Shown one piece after another: positions 38,175-49,172 of a stretch of DNA of 64,000 nucleotides. The first letter of the stretch is position 1, and the number at the start of each line of letters is the position of its first letter. This stretch comes from Nitrosopumilaceae archaeon. Lineage in GTDB: Archaea > Thermoproteota > Nitrososphaeria > Nitrososphaerales > Nitrosopumilaceae. The DNA lies in assembly GCA_965208905.1 (NCBI GenBank), contig OZ242365.1:1248001-1312000 (forward strand), given 5' to 3'. The position numbers and the translations under genes were made by a program. The notes under the pieces are model-generated. The model worked only from the letters and a program-made list of their open reading frames with translations. It did no database searches and was not told the origin of the DNA.

Positions 38175-38561
38175 TTGGCTGAGAGGTTGTATCGTTATAC
38201 GCAATTGTGCGAACAGGTGTTGAGTTTAGATGAACAGATACGGTTTGCAGGAGTTATAAGCGAGAGGGGACGTTTGGTTGCTGGCGGAATGCGCGAGGGT
38301 GTAAAACCATTAGAAAAAGAGAAAGATGATGAGGTTCTGTTTATGGAGTTGGCTCTACGAGTTCGCATGCGCCGAGAATTTGATCGACAACTTGGCCCTG
38401 TAAACTTTGCCATGGCATCTAGGCGACGTGCAATAACTATGAGCTTTAGAGTGAACAACGACATATTGTATGTGGCCGCCGAACCTGATGCAGACTATTG
38501 TAATCTTCCTCGTATGATACTAGACACAATGAAAGACTCCTCCCATAAAGACCACAAATAG
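38175..38561 (+). CDS. Roadblock-like thaumarchaeal protein (DUF6659-like)
   Basis: IRFAGVISERGRLVAGG...FMELALRVRMRREFD..LGPV. Confidence 0.65.
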   Translation: MAERLYRYTQLCEQVLSLDEQIRFAGVISERGRLVAGGMREGVKPLEKEKDDEVLFMELALRVRMRREFDRQLGPVNFAMASRRRAITMSFRVNNDILYVAAEPDADYCNLPRMILDTMKDSSHKDHK

Positions 38562-38855
38562 AACATCATAATGTCCGTCTCCCTAAGTGGAGCTATATGA
38601 TGATCTTTTAGATTGGCCGATATCATATTACTCAGACTGACATCATTAGTCTAGGTTACATACAGTAGTGGGTATCCGAATAATCATACAAGTGTTATAT
38701 AACAAACACCCAAGGTTTACTGCAAAATCATAACTTATCTATAGAACAGTTCTTGATAAATTCCACATGTGTAGTATTATCAAAAAACCCTATGGGTTTA
38801 GGCTAAATTTGGAACATTTTGGTCTTGCTGGCTGAGAACACAACAAAATGACACA

Positions 38856-39110
38856 TCATACCATTGAAAACTCTGCTATACTAACCAGTGGATTGTATAT
38901 GCGCAACTCATCACAAATTTGTTTTACCTTCTCCATGGCTACCTGTGAACTCTCTGCACTCACAGAAAAACGTAATCCCTTACTGCAACGTATCTCTGTT
39001 ATGTCATCAGTACCACTCCGTAATACTAAATCGGTGAGTATTGTACTGCCCTCAGGATCACTTATTTCAGGTTTGTTCTGTATGGTTACAAGTACTTTGT
39101 AGGTGCCCAC
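38856..39110 (-). CDS. purS: Phosphoribosylformylglycinamidine synthase subunit PurS
   Basis: NKPEISDPEG...IYNPLV. Confidence 0.85.
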   Translation of the reverse strand: MGTYKVLVTIQNKPEISDPEGSTILTDLVLRSGTDDITEIRCSKGLRFSVSAESSQVAMEKVKQICDELRIYNPLVSIAEFSMV

Positions 39111-39294
39111 ACATTTTACTTCATTTCAAATTATATATAGATAGTTTTTTGTCATATTGTTGTACTGTAATACGATACGGCAGCAGACTCTTGGATAAAC
39201 CTGCATGTTGATATCTGAGTCACTCTCAGATTCTATAATTCAGGTTTGCCGTAGAATACTTACCTATAATTATGTGATACTTTATTCGAATACC

Positions 39295-39759
39295 ATGGCT
39301 CGCGCGCGATACTGGAAGATGACGCCTGAAGAGGTGGCTGATTTAACATACGATGAGCAGTTTCTGTTAAACTGGGACATAAAATGTGTGCGCCAGCCCG
39401 AGGAGGATGCTATATTCATAGGGGTCTTTATGTATAGGCGCGGCACTCCGTTGGACTATACGCCAATACAGGGCGTAGTGTTTTATCACAATCACATATC
39501 TAATGATGAGGTATCTCGTATAATTCAGCATCTGAAGAGTAGGTACGGCGGCAAAGAGACTAAAAAGGGTGATAGGGTGTTTTTAACAGGATCTAAAGAG
39601 TTCTATGATCCTGCAGGCATATCGTCATTGGCGCTATCCATGGAAGAGTCCTTTAATACCAAATCCGTGATTACCTTGGAGTTTGAGGGTATGAGTCAAG
39701 AGGCGATGCGCATTGCCGGTCTACCAGACTCTAAACTATTACCTATACCGGGCAAGTAA
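39295..39759 (+). CDS. Hypothetical protein
   Basis: Likely start MARARYWKM (39295) within ORF 39205..39759. Confidence 0.65.
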   Translation: MARARYWKMTPEEVADLTYDEQFLLNWDIKCVRQPEEDAIFIGVFMYRRGTPLDYTPIQGVVFYHNHISNDEVSRIIQHLKSRYGGKETKKGDRVFLTGSKEFYDPAGISSLALSMEESFNTKSVITLEFEGMSQEAMRIAGLPDSKLLPIPGK

Positions 39760-39787
39760 TATGAATCAGCAAACGTAGTATGAAATT

Positions 39788-40573
39788 ATGTCAGGTCTAG
39801 ACGGCATAAGCGATCATCTTGAGGAGCTGCGCAAGAGAGTAATACGCATATCTGTATCTGTGATGGCTGTAACTGTATTTGCTATGACGTTTCATATTGA
39901 GCCAGGTGTCTTGTGGGGCTTTCCTGTATACTACCCATTGCCAGAACCCATGAACAACCTGGCGGCCCAGATTACAGACTTTATGAGCGAGCAGTTAGTG
40001 CCCGAAGGTGTAGAACTAATACAGACCGCACCAGGCCAAGCATTCTTCTCTCAGGTGTATATTGCAGCCCTGCTGGGAATCGTGGTATCTGTACCCGTTA
40101 TAATACGAGAGGCAGTGGCATTCATATCGCCGGCCCTTCGGCAGGCTGAGATACATACTGGAAGATTCATAACATTTCCCGCCTTGTGCCTATTTGCTGT
40201 AGGCTGCATATTTTCGTATTTGATGGTCGTCCCATTCATATTGGATTTTTTGTACCAGTATGGTGATTCTGCTGGGCTGATAACATTTCTAAATATCATG
40301 GATTTTGTGGCGTTTGTATTACAATTTTTGATAGCGTTTGGACTCTCTTTTCAACTACCTTTGATAATGTATGCTGCATCATATTCGGGTATAGTAGATG
40401 TAAAATTTTGGCGGAAGAATATACGATACGCCTTGGTAGCCATAATAGTATTTGGTGCCATAATAACACCAGATGGTAGCGGAATTACAATGTGGTTTGT
40501 AGCTGGGCCCATGATAGCATTGTACCTTGCAGGCATGTTGATAATCGAACGAAAGAAAAAGTCCCTAACGTGA
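39788..40573 (+). CDS. tatC: Twin-arginine translocase TatC
   Basis: HLEELRKR, FISPAL, FQLP, AIITPD. Confidence 0.95.
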   Translation: MSGLDGISDHLEELRKRVIRISVSVMAVTVFAMTFHIEPGVLWGFPVYYPLPEPMNNLAAQITDFMSEQLVPEGVELIQTAPGQAFFSQVYIAALLGIVVSVPVIIREAVAFISPALRQAEIHTGRFITFPALCLFAVGCIFSYLMVVPFILDFLYQYGDSAGLITFLNIMDFVAFVLQFLIAFGLSFQLPLIMYAASYSGIVDVKFWRKNIRYALVAIIVFGAIITPDGSGITMWFVAGPMIALYLAGMLIIERKKKSLT

Positions 40574-40717
40574 AGCACCCAGTTTATGTGCGCAACAGCA
40601 TAAGCTATTTTTGACTAGCTGATTATACGTATTCAGCATTTGGTGCATGGTCACAAGCATGAATCTCCAAAACTAAAAGTCAAAGATTTAAATCACTTAT
40701 TATATAATATAGTAATA

Positions 40718-40912
40718 ATGTTTGAAAATCTGGCATTGTTTATCGCAGGTCAGGAATGGATTATACTTATTGTAGTCGTGGTTGTGCTGATATTTGGCGC
40801 CCGCAAGATACCCGAATTGGCCCGCACGTTCGGCAAGGCCAAAGGTGAGTTTGAAAAAGGCAAGATAGAGGGTGAAAAAGAACTCAACAAATACAAAGAT
40901 GAAAAATCCTAA
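40718..40912 (+). CDS. tatA: Twin-arginine translocase TatA
   Basis: EWIILIVVVVVLIFGARKIPELARTFGKAKGEF. Confidence 0.92.
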   Translation: MFENLALFIAGQEWIILIVVVVVLIFGARKIPELARTFGKAKGEFEKGKIEGEKELNKYKDEKS

Positions 40913-41331
40913 AACTCTAACTGTAATTTGACATCATTCAGCAAGGCTGTATAGTCACTTAGTATACCTTTACTTCTAAATCCAAATAAACTAACTTTCC
41001 AGTCTATGGACATATTTACTCGTGTACCATCTGGTATCTCTTCAAGCCTTTGAACTACACTACTGCCCTTGGCATCGCCGCCTATTACGGTGTATGTGTG
41101 TACTGATGGTGCCTCAAAGAGGTGCTTTACCATACACTTGTATGTCTTGCCGTTCAAATACATGGTCTCTTCATTGACCGCAGATTCCGGACGTTCAGAA
41201 CGCATCTTGACTTTTACTATTGTATTATTTATCTTGGACAATTCAGCATGATTCGATAATAATTCATAGACTGAACCAATACTTGCCTGTATGTCCATGG
41301 ATATTGTGCCCTTCAGGAACCCTCGCCCCAT
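40909..41331 (-). CDS. SRPBCC / polyketide-cyclase-like protein
   Basis: Length and pattern (VYELLSN..., LEEIPDGTRV). Confidence 0.55.
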   Translation of the reverse strand: MGRGFLKGTISMDIQASIGSVYELLSNHAELSKINNTIVKVKMRSERPESAVNEETMYLNGKTYKCMVKHLFEAPSVHTYTVIGGDAKGSSVVQRLEEIPDGTRVNMSIDWKVSLFGFRSKGILSDYTALLNDVKLQLEF

Positions 41332-41885
41332 CTCTTGTAGAGATCATGGTCAATGTCAAACTGATCCAAGCACTTGCCAACTGCATGGTTTACCATATCT
41401 GATATGCTCTGGGGTTTGGTGTAGAACTCTGTCATTGGAGGAAGCATAACCACGCTCAGTCGGGCCAGTTTTAACATGTTCTCTAGATGAATTGCCGAGA
41501 GGGGTGACTCCCGCACCATGAGAACCAACCTTCTCGACTCTTTTATGGTGACGCCGGCTGCGCGCGCCACCAATGTGTCGTCATATCCGTTTGATATTGC
41601 TGCAAGTGTCTTCATACTGCAAGGTGCCACGATCATACCACCAGTCTTATGAGTGCCACTAGATACACTAGCTGCCATATTGGTATCCTTGGATGTGACA
41701 CTGGCTAATCCATACACGTCCTTGAGATCATAATTGGTCTCCATGAGTATACACTTCTCTCCCCACTTTGTGACTATGAGGTGTGTATCATGACCTAGTC
41801 GCTTTAGCTCCTCTAGTAGACGTATGCCATATATCGCTCCTGTGCTACCAGTTATGCCGATAGTTAGTATGTTTTTGTTGCTCAA
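41313..41885 (-). CDS. ubiX: Flavin prenyltransferase UbiX
   Basis: IGITGSTG, APCSMKTLA, RAAGVTIKE, RESPL. Confidence 0.93.
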   Translation of the reverse strand: MSNKNILTIGITGSTGAIYGIRLLEELKRLGHDTHLIVTKWGEKCILMETNYDLKDVYGLASVTSKDTNMAASVSSGTHKTGGMIVAPCSMKTLAAISNGYDDTLVARAAGVTIKESRRLVLMVRESPLSAIHLENMLKLARLSVVMLPPMTEFYTKPQSISDMVNHAVGKCLDQFDIDHDLYKRWGEGS

Positions 41886-42024
41886 CTAAAACCACTTACA
41901 CATTACGAATAAAAAAACTGTACGATGACTAGTGCCATTTTTGTAATGCACACACATGGCATCTTGGAGAAGACTGACACATCAAATAAAAGAGTTATAA
42001 GGATTTTCAATTGAATTACAACAC

Positions 42025-42098
42025 GCTTCGATAGCTCAGCCTGGTAGAGCGTTACCTTGGTAAGGTAAAGGTCGCGGGTTCGGATCCCGCTCGAAGCT
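42025..42098 (+). tRNA. tRNA-Thr(GGT)
   Basis: Acceptor GCTTCGA/TCGAAGC; D arm GCTC..GAGC; anticodon arm TTACC-TTGGTAA-GGTAA; T arm GCGGG-TTCGGAT-CCCGC. Confidence 0.96.
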
Positions 42099-42200
42099 CC
42101 TTATGTTTAATGAAACTCTTCTCAATGGTACGAGTGTAATGGGTATGGTGCTCCCTCAATACCTGTGACTTTTAAATGATGTACTTTAATCACATGGCAG

Positions 42201-43016
42201 TTGAAGATAGAAAAGATTGTAATTGGAGCTAAATTCGGATCTGCAGAGGCAGAAGTGGCGGCACGTGATGTGGCGCAGACGTTTATACAGCGGGGATGTT
42301 GCGTATATGCCCTATCACCAATATCGGTGGATGGAGCCATACCCATAGAGGTAATTGAAGACTTGGGAGATGTACAACTGGATCTGGCCGTAACACTAGG
42401 TGGTGATGGCACCACTCTACGTACACTGCGATACCTCTCAGACGAGACGCCAATACTCACCATAAACGTTGGGGGGAACAGGGGAATATTATCTGAAATT
42501 ACACTGGAACAGCTCCCTCAAGCCATATGTCAGATGGAGTCTGATGACATAATACTGGAGAAGCGAATTAGGGTTGTGGCATCATACAATGGTGAGGAGT
42601 TTCCACCGGCGTTAAATGAGATATACATTACCAGATCCAACCTCACCCGTACTGCAAATATGATGATAAAATTCCAAAACGACACTGTAACACAAAAGAT
42701 GGATGGCGTAATGATATCTACGCCCAGTGGTTCTACGGGCCACTCTTTCTCCTTGGGAGGGCCCATACTACACGAGAGCCTTGATGTATTGATAATCACC
42801 CCCGTGGCCCCAATGTATAGATTGGCGTCCATCGTTGTCCCTGATGATATCATAGAGATAATACCATCTCATGACTGTAGTATTGTAATGGATGCTCAGG
42901 TAATAAAGTATGCAGGATTCAACGAAACTATAACAATAAAAAAGTATGATAAGAGGGCGGTCTTCGTACGACTCAAAAAGAGAGGACTACGACAGATGAG
43001 CAAGATGGGATTTTAG
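42201..43016 (+). CDS. nadK: NAD(+) kinase
   Basis: LGGDGT, ALNE, DGVMISTPSGSTGHSFSLGGP. Confidence 0.93.
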   Translation: MKIEKIVIGAKFGSAEAEVAARDVAQTFIQRGCCVYALSPISVDGAIPIEVIEDLGDVQLDLAVTLGGDGTTLRTLRYLSDETPILTINVGGNRGILSEITLEQLPQAICQMESDDIILEKRIRVVASYNGEEFPPALNEIYITRSNLTRTANMMIKFQNDTVTQKMDGVMISTPSGSTGHSFSLGGPILHESLDVLIITPVAPMYRLASIVVPDDIIEIIPSHDCSIVMDAQVIKYAGFNETITIKKYDKRAVFVRLKKRGLRQMSKMGF

Positions 43017-43504
43017 TCTCTATTTACTAACTTTTTGCGCAAGACGCTGCCACAGATGCTACATATGCGTCCTGGTGGTCGCTGTGTGCGACATGCCGGA
43101 CATCTATATCTCCATATGCCTACTGTCTTTACTCCAGAGGTCATAACCGGAAACACTGACAGTCCTAGATGTCTGGCGGTATTGGAGATGGCATAATCAT
43201 CAGTTATTATGGATTGTTTCATCTGTAACGCCAGTGCTATAACAGAGATATCTGCCTCTGACAGTTGTGGTCTATCGCCAGCTCTTTGTGCAAAACCCAG
43301 TACCTGTTTTACATACATGTGATCTGGCGAATATATGGCAAGCCTGCCCAAATTTACTAATGTACCTATGGCATCCTGCCTCTTTTTAATGTGTGATATC
43401 TCATCGTATATCTGCGGTGTCGTACAATAAGACTCCAAAGAACCAAAAGGTACGCCAGCATAAAAGGCACTTGCATCCAATATGACACGACTAGAGTCAA
43501 TCAA
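43013..43504 (-). CDS. nob1: NOB1-family PIN endonuclease
   Basis: ILDASAF, LSEADISVIALA, TDDYAI, C-terminal CPAC..CSICG. Confidence 0.88.
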   Translation of the reverse strand: MIDSSRVILDASAFYAGVPFGSLESYCTTPQIYDEISHIKKRQDAIGTLVNLGRLAIYSPDHMYVKQVLGFAQRAGDRPQLSEADISVIALALQMKQSIITDDYAISNTARHLGLSVFPVMTSGVKTVGIWRYRCPACRTQRPPGRICSICGSVLRKKLVNRD

Positions 43505-43511
43505 GCAAACA

Positions 43512-44051
43512 TCACTCCTCTATGGGCGCCCAACCATCACCACGAAACAGATACTCTGTGTCAGCAATAGCCCGATATAATCGCCATCTAACAGTCTTGG
43601 AGTCAAAACGATACGATATGGTGGCAGTATTAGGAGGAATCTTGTCTTTATCAAGATGGTATGGTAGTAACTCCAATACAAAGTCTATCTTTTCGACAGA
43701 GTTGTCAAACCACTGTTTGTCCTCTGAATCCATGGTAAAAGTGATGGTGGGCTCTCCAGAAAATATCAAATTCACCTTTAGGGCATTACCCGAACCCCGC
43801 CGCCTCTTTATCTCCTTGAATAGCGACTTTACCTTCTCCCAGCGTCTATAGTCGAACCAGATAAAGAACTCTTCACTAAATGCAACAGGTATGTACAGTG
43901 ATAGTTTGCTGACAAACTCAACATCGTCAGGCTCTATCTCATCTTGTACTACATCAAAACGGGATCTAAAGTAGCCATACAAAACCTCTATCTCCCAAGG
44001 CGAGATGCCATAGTATCGAAATACTGTCTGTGCCATTACTACATAATGCAA
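43512..44051 (-). CDS. Hypothetical protein
   Basis: 179-aa ORF immediately upstream of nob1. Confidence 0.7.
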   Translation of the reverse strand: MHYVVMAQTVFRYYGISPWEIEVLYGYFRSRFDVVQDEIEPDDVEFVSKLSLYIPVAFSEEFFIWFDYRRWEKVKSLFKEIKRRRGSGNALKVNLIFSGEPTITFTMDSEDKQWFDNSVEKIDFVLELLPYHLDKDKIPPNTATISYRFDSKTVRWRLYRAIADTEYLFRGDGWAPIEE

Positions 44052-44088
44052 GTACCAAATATATATTACAGATTGTGGTTATGATGTT

Positions 44089-44409
44089 GTGAAGAAAGAG
44101 TTTGTTGTGAAGAGCATAGATGCAGCTCCAGATGGTTCTCCCTATGTTGTAGTATCTCTCTCCTCACTAAAGGATGTGAATGAGGGTAACGTCTCACCCA
44201 TGTCGCCGTTTGGACAGCAACCTAAAATGATGGAGTTCACCAACATGAATGATATGGTAAAAGACATAAACAGAATGTTTGCCGGTATGAGTGGATCTGC
44301 AGGACTTACTCAAATAAAGATAGACATGCACGAGTACAAAGATATGGGCCTTTCGGTAGGTGACAAAGTATATCTGGAGTTGACCAAAGCCGAGACACTA
44401 GGCATTTAG
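44089..44409 (+). CDS. Hypothetical protein
   Basis: 106-aa ORF; TATATTA about 23 nt upstream. Confidence 0.7.
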   Translation: MKKEFVVKSIDAAPDGSPYVVVSLSSLKDVNEGNVSPMSPFGQQPKMMEFTNMNDMVKDINRMFAGMSGSAGLTQIKIDMHEYKDMGLSVGDKVYLELTKAETLGI

Positions 44410-44957
44410 AGAGTATGCACATACTTCCACAGATAAAATACACCTACTGTACCTATCACAAACAACATGGGCTTCCATGCTAATACAGGTATGCTGGGCG
44501 TAGAAAGTTTCACCTTATAATCATCATAGATGGAGCGCACGTATCTCTTTATGCTATCATTCCAGACCTTGTGGTCGATATTATACTTATTTAACACATC
44601 TTGAATCTCGTATATTACAGGCGTCCTCTGGCTGAATAAGTGTTGAAGGTAGTCTCTTGAAACTTCGACCTCTGCATGAATGCCTATTAGGCCCTCCTTT
44701 ATCTGCACCATGCGCACGTGTAACTCCCAGGGCTTCTTTAATTTCAAGTTGAAGCCTCGTCCTAACTGATTGGGCTGCTTGTGCTCAAACTTTACTTTGG
44801 TAAACCCCTCCTTGGAGAATATGCGGCTTATCTCTTCAAAGCTATTCTGTACCACCACGTGCAGCTGTTCAAGCCCTTCATAAGCGTCAATTCCAATACG
44901 CCGGCGTACTCCATCTACCATAAATACCGTCTTTGGATATCGGGTCGCATACTCCAT
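44406..44957 (-). CDS. Hypothetical protein with C-terminal TM
   Basis: 183-aa ORF; PWELHVRM, HAEVEVSRDY. Confidence 0.7.
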   Translation of the reverse strand: MEYATRYPKTVFMVDGVRRRIGIDAYEGLEQLHVVVQNSFEEISRIFSKEGFTKVKFEHKQPNQLGRGFNLKLKKPWELHVRMVQIKEGLIGIHAEVEVSRDYLQHLFSQRTPVIYEIQDVLNKYNIDHKVWNDSIKRYVRSIYDDYKVKLSTPSIPVLAWKPMLFVIGTVGVFYLWKYVHTL

Positions 44958-45116
44958 GGTCTAAAAATTAAATTTTTATATTTAAATTCGTTACGTTGCA
45001 GGGTTCCCCTCCAAGTGGAATAGCGAGCTAAACGCCCTCTAAATTATACAATATGGGCGATGAATATGGATAGATGTGCTCCTGACACATCAGTATAATT
45101 ATTATTTGGTTAATGG

Positions 45117-45311
45117 ATGCCAACTGTTATGGCAGTCTTGGAAGGATTGGTAATATTGACTATAATACTGGTGGGGGTCTGGGTAGGATATGCCTACTGG
45201 GATGGTTATACACACAGCGATGACTATGGAGAATCACATCACCACATGCCTGATGTATTACCTGCGTCGCATTATCCATCACCACTACAGATACATACAT
45301 CATGGCACTAA
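45117..45311 (+). CDS. Small membrane protein
   Basis: Single TM and His-rich tail. Confidence 0.45.
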   Translation: MPTVMAVLEGLVILTIILVGVWVGYAYWDGYTHSDDYGESHHHMPDVLPASHYPSPLQIHTSWH

Positions 45312-45505
45312 CCCAACGTGAAAGAGTAATAGTTGCAGTATCCAATGCTCTAACAGTATATGCAATCAAACGCAGTGAGAATGCTATACCGTCCAATGTA
45401 ACACCTCATAAATTTGTTCTGGACCATGTACAAGAGAGTATTCGTCCCTTGGTGTCAGTGGATATAATCGATGATACGTATGTTGCACTAACAAACGGTT
45501 CATAA
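45302..45505 (+). CDS. Small hypothetical protein
   Basis: 67-aa ORF directly before purP. Confidence 0.55.
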   Translation: MALTQRERVIVAVSNALTVYAIKRSENAIPSNVTPHKFVLDHVQESIRPLVSVDIIDDTYVALTNGS

Positions 45506-45522
45506 AAGGCTCACACTTTGCT

Positions 45523-46545
45523 ATGGTTATGGTTACAGTATCCACCTTGGGATCTCATTGCGCATTACAACTCCTGAAGGGTGCAAAAGATGAGGGACTA
45601 GACACATTACTGGTATGTGAGAAACGACGATTGAGTCTGTATAGCCGATTTTCATTCATAGACAAGATTGTGCCGGTGGACTCTTTTACTGACATATTGC
45701 AAGAACCATGCGCTTCTGAGATACAAGATACAATATTGATACCTCACGGAACACTGATATCACAACTAGATAGTGAGAAGATTGAGAGTATACAGACGCC
45801 AATCTTCGGCAACAAATACATACTGAAGTGGGAGTCGGATCGTGAACTAAAGGAGCAGATGATGAGGAAGGCCGACTTGCCTGTGCCAAAGGCAATAAAC
45901 TCACCAGATGATATAGATGATATGGTAATTGTAAAACGCCAAGGCGCAGCCGGCGGCAAGGGCTACTTTATGGCATCAACTACTCAAGAGTATCATACAC
46001 GTCGAAAATCTCTAATAGCAGATGGTGTGATATCGCCAGATGAACCATTATACATACAAAGATACGTCTCTGGAGTTTTGGCATATCTGCAGTTCTTTTA
46101 CTCACCAATACGTGATGAGGTGGAGTTTTTTGGATGTGACCAGCGTCATGAATCTGACATAGAGGGTATCTCCCGCATACCCGCTTCGAACCAAATTACT
46201 TCAAGTACTCCATCATTCAATGTTATAGGTAATAGTCCACTAGTTCTCCGAGAGTCTTTATTGGATGAGGCATACAAGATGGCTGAAAGATTTGTAGATG
46301 CTGCTAGGAGATTAGCAAGTCCGGGTATGAACGGACCCTTCTGTATAGAAGGAGTGTATGATGCTGATGCCAAGTTCAGCGCCTTTGAGTTCTCTGCTCG
46401 TATTGTCGCGGGTACCAACATATACATGAACGGCTCGCCATACTACAATCTACTGTTTAACGAACCCATAAGTATGGGGAGGCGTATATGTCGCGAAATT
46501 AAAGATGCTATTGCAGTGAATAGTCTAAAGAACGTAATTACATAG
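45523..46545 (+). CDS. purP: Formate--phosphoribosylaminoimidazolecarboxamide ligase
   Basis: TLGSHCALQ..GAKDEG, GGKGYF, RESLL, GPFCIE, FEFSARIVAGTN. Confidence 0.93.
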   Translation: MVMVTVSTLGSHCALQLLKGAKDEGLDTLLVCEKRRLSLYSRFSFIDKIVPVDSFTDILQEPCASEIQDTILIPHGTLISQLDSEKIESIQTPIFGNKYILKWESDRELKEQMMRKADLPVPKAINSPDDIDDMVIVKRQGAAGGKGYFMASTTQEYHTRRKSLIADGVISPDEPLYIQRYVSGVLAYLQFFYSPIRDEVEFFGCDQRHESDIEGISRIPASNQITSSTPSFNVIGNSPLVLRESLLDEAYKMAERFVDAARRLASPGMNGPFCIEGVYDADAKFSAFEFSARIVAGTNIYMNGSPYYNLLFNEPISMGRRICREIKDAIAVNSLKNVIT

Positions 46546-46950
46546 TCAATCATTCCAGTGGACAGCACTCATTACTCCACGTTGTGACTTTATCACATAT
46601 CTATCTCGAAGTTTGACACTTATCAAGTCGATCACCAATACGGCCAACAATACAACCAACATGAAGAATGCCGCCTTACCCAGTCAGGGATTGTTGTTAC
46701 TGCATAAGCGTATTGTGCAATTGGAACATAACCATCACAGCCAGCAGCACTAAACCTAATAGTATATTTTTATCGTTGTAATTTGGTTCGTGGCAAACCA
46801 TTATGCAAGTGACTACACATTACATAATTACGTTATAAAACGTGATAGTTTTGATTCCATTCTATATGATGTACTCTGAGACCAGACCTGCATCGCTATC
46901 TGGAAACCACCACACTGTAATAATATAAGATACCTTGTCTGTATATTGGT

Positions 46951-47280
46951 GTGTCAAAAAGGAACATAAATGTAAAAGTATCATCTACCGCAACACCTGA
47001 TGATGTAACACAACTACAGGAGTATCTGGACGAACTACCAACCGCTATAGTACTATCAGGATTAAGTTTCGCTCAAGCTAGATGGCGTCGACAAAACTCA
47101 GGTACCTTGAAGGTGGGACGTAAAGGAGTCGTTGACATGGAGGTGGATGCGGTAACTCCAGAGCAGGCAGCGTGGCGTTTGAGTAATTGGAAGATGATGA
47201 TATCCGAATACAAACAACGTGGCTATAGTTACCCTACAATATCAAGAATTAAAAAGAGATTATGTAAAATATCAAACTAA
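46951..47280 (+). CDS. Hypothetical protein
   Basis: 109-aa ORF; TATAAG upstream; RGYSYPTISRI HTH-like tail. Confidence 0.65.
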   Translation: MSKRNINVKVSSTATPDDVTQLQEYLDELPTAIVLSGLSFAQARWRRQNSGTLKVGRKGVVDMEVDAVTPEQAAWRLSNWKMMISEYKQRGYSYPTISRIKKRLCKISN

Positions 47281-47967
47281 TCATGCCAGTTCACTTTGGC
47301 GTTTTGGTGGTTCCCGTTGCTGTATCTGTGCAGATACGATATTGGACTCTGCAAGTAAATCTTGTGGTACAGCCGGTATGGTTGCCTCAGCTTCACGAGT
47401 CAACACGGTGTGTGCTTCATCCAATATATCCATGGCCTCACGGTTTCGGGGCATATTTGGAGCAAGTAGGTCTTCAGAAGTTATGCGTGACTGACTCATC
47501 ATATCGCCCATTATCTCTGATAAGTCATTCATGGCATTGGATGCTTCGGGGATCATGCCTGATATGGTAGGCCCTAGGTCTCGTATTATCGACATACATG
47601 GACTTAGTGTTACTACTATGTCTCCCAACTCTGAGACGGTATTGAGACGTATTTTCACCTGCTCCATAGAGAGCTTTGCTGTAGTTACCATACTCTTCAT
47701 CTTGCGGACATGACTTAGTTCATTGGCATACATTTCGGCATATCGGTTGTTGCGGGCACGTTGTGCAGCTATAATGCGCTCAAATATCTGTTCCTCTTTT
47801 ATACGCAACTTTTCATCAATGGCCTGCAAGCGAGTTATGGGAATCTCCAAGGTCTTTTGTGCTTCCGCTATCTTTCTGGGCGTTAATGCATCTTGGTTTT
47901 TACGTTTTAGTATGTTTGAGAATCGTTCACCTTTTTTATTATTATCATTCCAGTAATCCGTTATCAT
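47281..47967 (-). CDS. ESCRT-III / Snf7 family protein (CdvB paralog)
   Basis: YANELSHVRKM...EQVKIRLNTVSELGDIVVTLSP...ILDEA. Confidence 0.88.
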   Translation of the reverse strand: MITDYWNDNNKKGERFSNILKRKNQDALTPRKIAEAQKTLEIPITRLQAIDEKLRIKEEQIFERIIAAQRARNNRYAEMYANELSHVRKMKSMVTTAKLSMEQVKIRLNTVSELGDIVVTLSPCMSIIRDLGPTISGMIPEASNAMNDLSEIMGDMMSQSRITSEDLLAPNMPRNREAMDILDEAHTVLTREAEATIPAVPQDLLAESNIVSAQIQQREPPKRQSELA

Positions 47968-48077
47968 AAGTATATGAATAGTTCAATATATCGTTAAAAA
48001 CTAGCATGTAACTGCCCCCTCATTTACCACGGTGACAGATGTGCAGGGTGACAAATTTACACCATACATTACAAGGA

Positions 48078-49169
48078 CTAACCAAAAGTATATGTGAATA
48101 TCTCTACACCTGGAGTTGTAATTCGTAACTCCAACATATGTGTGCCGGCAACATCTGACGTCACTATGTTGTATAGTCCAGGCTCTGACACCTCTAATAT
48201 GTAATCGTCTAAACTATATCCCTGATAATTGGTAGCGATGGGTTCGCCATCAAGATAGACCTCTATGGTTCCTACACCTTCAGTAACTATATTCACCTCT
48301 TTTGCAAAGTATTGTAGATGGATTGCACCTGAATCTGACTCCAACTTCATACTTTCCGGACCATTCTGCCATGTTCCCACCATGTAGAATTTGTGTGTAT
48401 CTAGCGTATCTGGGATACTACTATACGTGATGGATTGGTTGGGGCGAAATCCTTCATCATTTCCCAACTGTGAGCGTCCAGCTGCCAGCTTGTATCCAAG
48501 ATATAGTTCGGGTGTCCGGGATGACGTGTGCTGGAAAGACTCTAGTTCCACAAGGTCCTGTGAAGGCATACTTGACTGCATTGCAAAAGCCCGCTCTGCT
48601 AACAACTCTTGTATTACTCGTTCGGTCTCCTGATATGCGCCCTCGCCTATGTGATCATACCTGATGTATCCTTCATGATCTGCGATATATTTACGAGGCC
48701 AATACCTATTTTCAAACGCCTTCCAAGTATCCATGTCGTTGTCCATAACTACCGGATACTCTATACCATGCTTTTCCATGGCCGCCATTACATTTACTGG
48801 ATCTTTCTCAAACTCAAACTCGGGACTATGTATGCCAATTATCAACAAACCTTGATCAGAATATTTGTCATCCCAGGCGGTTATGAACGGTAGTGTGCGT
48901 ATGCAATTGATACATGAATATGTCCAAATATCATATAACACAACACTATCTTGAATTTTAGTATTTAATTCCTCTGGAGTGGTATTGATGTATTCTGCAA
49001 TACCTACAATCTCTGGAGCCACCCTAAAGTTGGACTTGTCCACGGGGGATACTGTAAACTCTTGTACTGCCTCTTGCTCTATACTGCCTAGGTAGACCGA
49101 CACCAGACTCACGCCAGCAGCTATTACGATACCTAGTATTATGGCAGTCTTTATCTCACTCTTCATCAT
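48078..49169 (-). CDS. DipZ-like thiol-disulfide oxidoreductase
   Basis: WTYSCINC, GIHSPEFEFEK, NRYWP, TPELYLG, FTYTFG. Confidence 0.88.
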   Translation of the reverse strand: MMKSEIKTAIILGIVIAAGVSLVSVYLGSIEQEAVQEFTVSPVDKSNFRVAPEIVGIAEYINTTPEELNTKIQDSVVLYDIWTYSCINCIRTLPFITAWDDKYSDQGLLIIGIHSPEFEFEKDPVNVMAAMEKHGIEYPVVMDNDMDTWKAFENRYWPRKYIADHEGYIRYDHIGEGAYQETERVIQELLAERAFAMQSSMPSQDLVELESFQHTSSRTPELYLGYKLAAGRSQLGNDEGFRPNQSITYSSIPDTLDTHKFYMVGTWQNGPESMKLESDSGAIHLQYFAKEVNIVTEGVGTIEVYLDGEPIATNYQGYSLDDYILEVSEPGLYNIVTSDVAGTHMLELRITTPGVEIFTYTFG

Positions 49170-49172
49170 ACA

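Noticed and set aside
42025-42098. tRNA-Thr as the island's integration site
   Set aside because: It is 4 kb outside the element, no tRNA 3' duplicate was seen, and the TIR/TSD already explain the boundaries.
44990-45070. Possible ncRNA or riboswitch in the intergenic gap
   Set aside because: Only a weak CGCCC/GGGCG pairing; no recognisable consensus.
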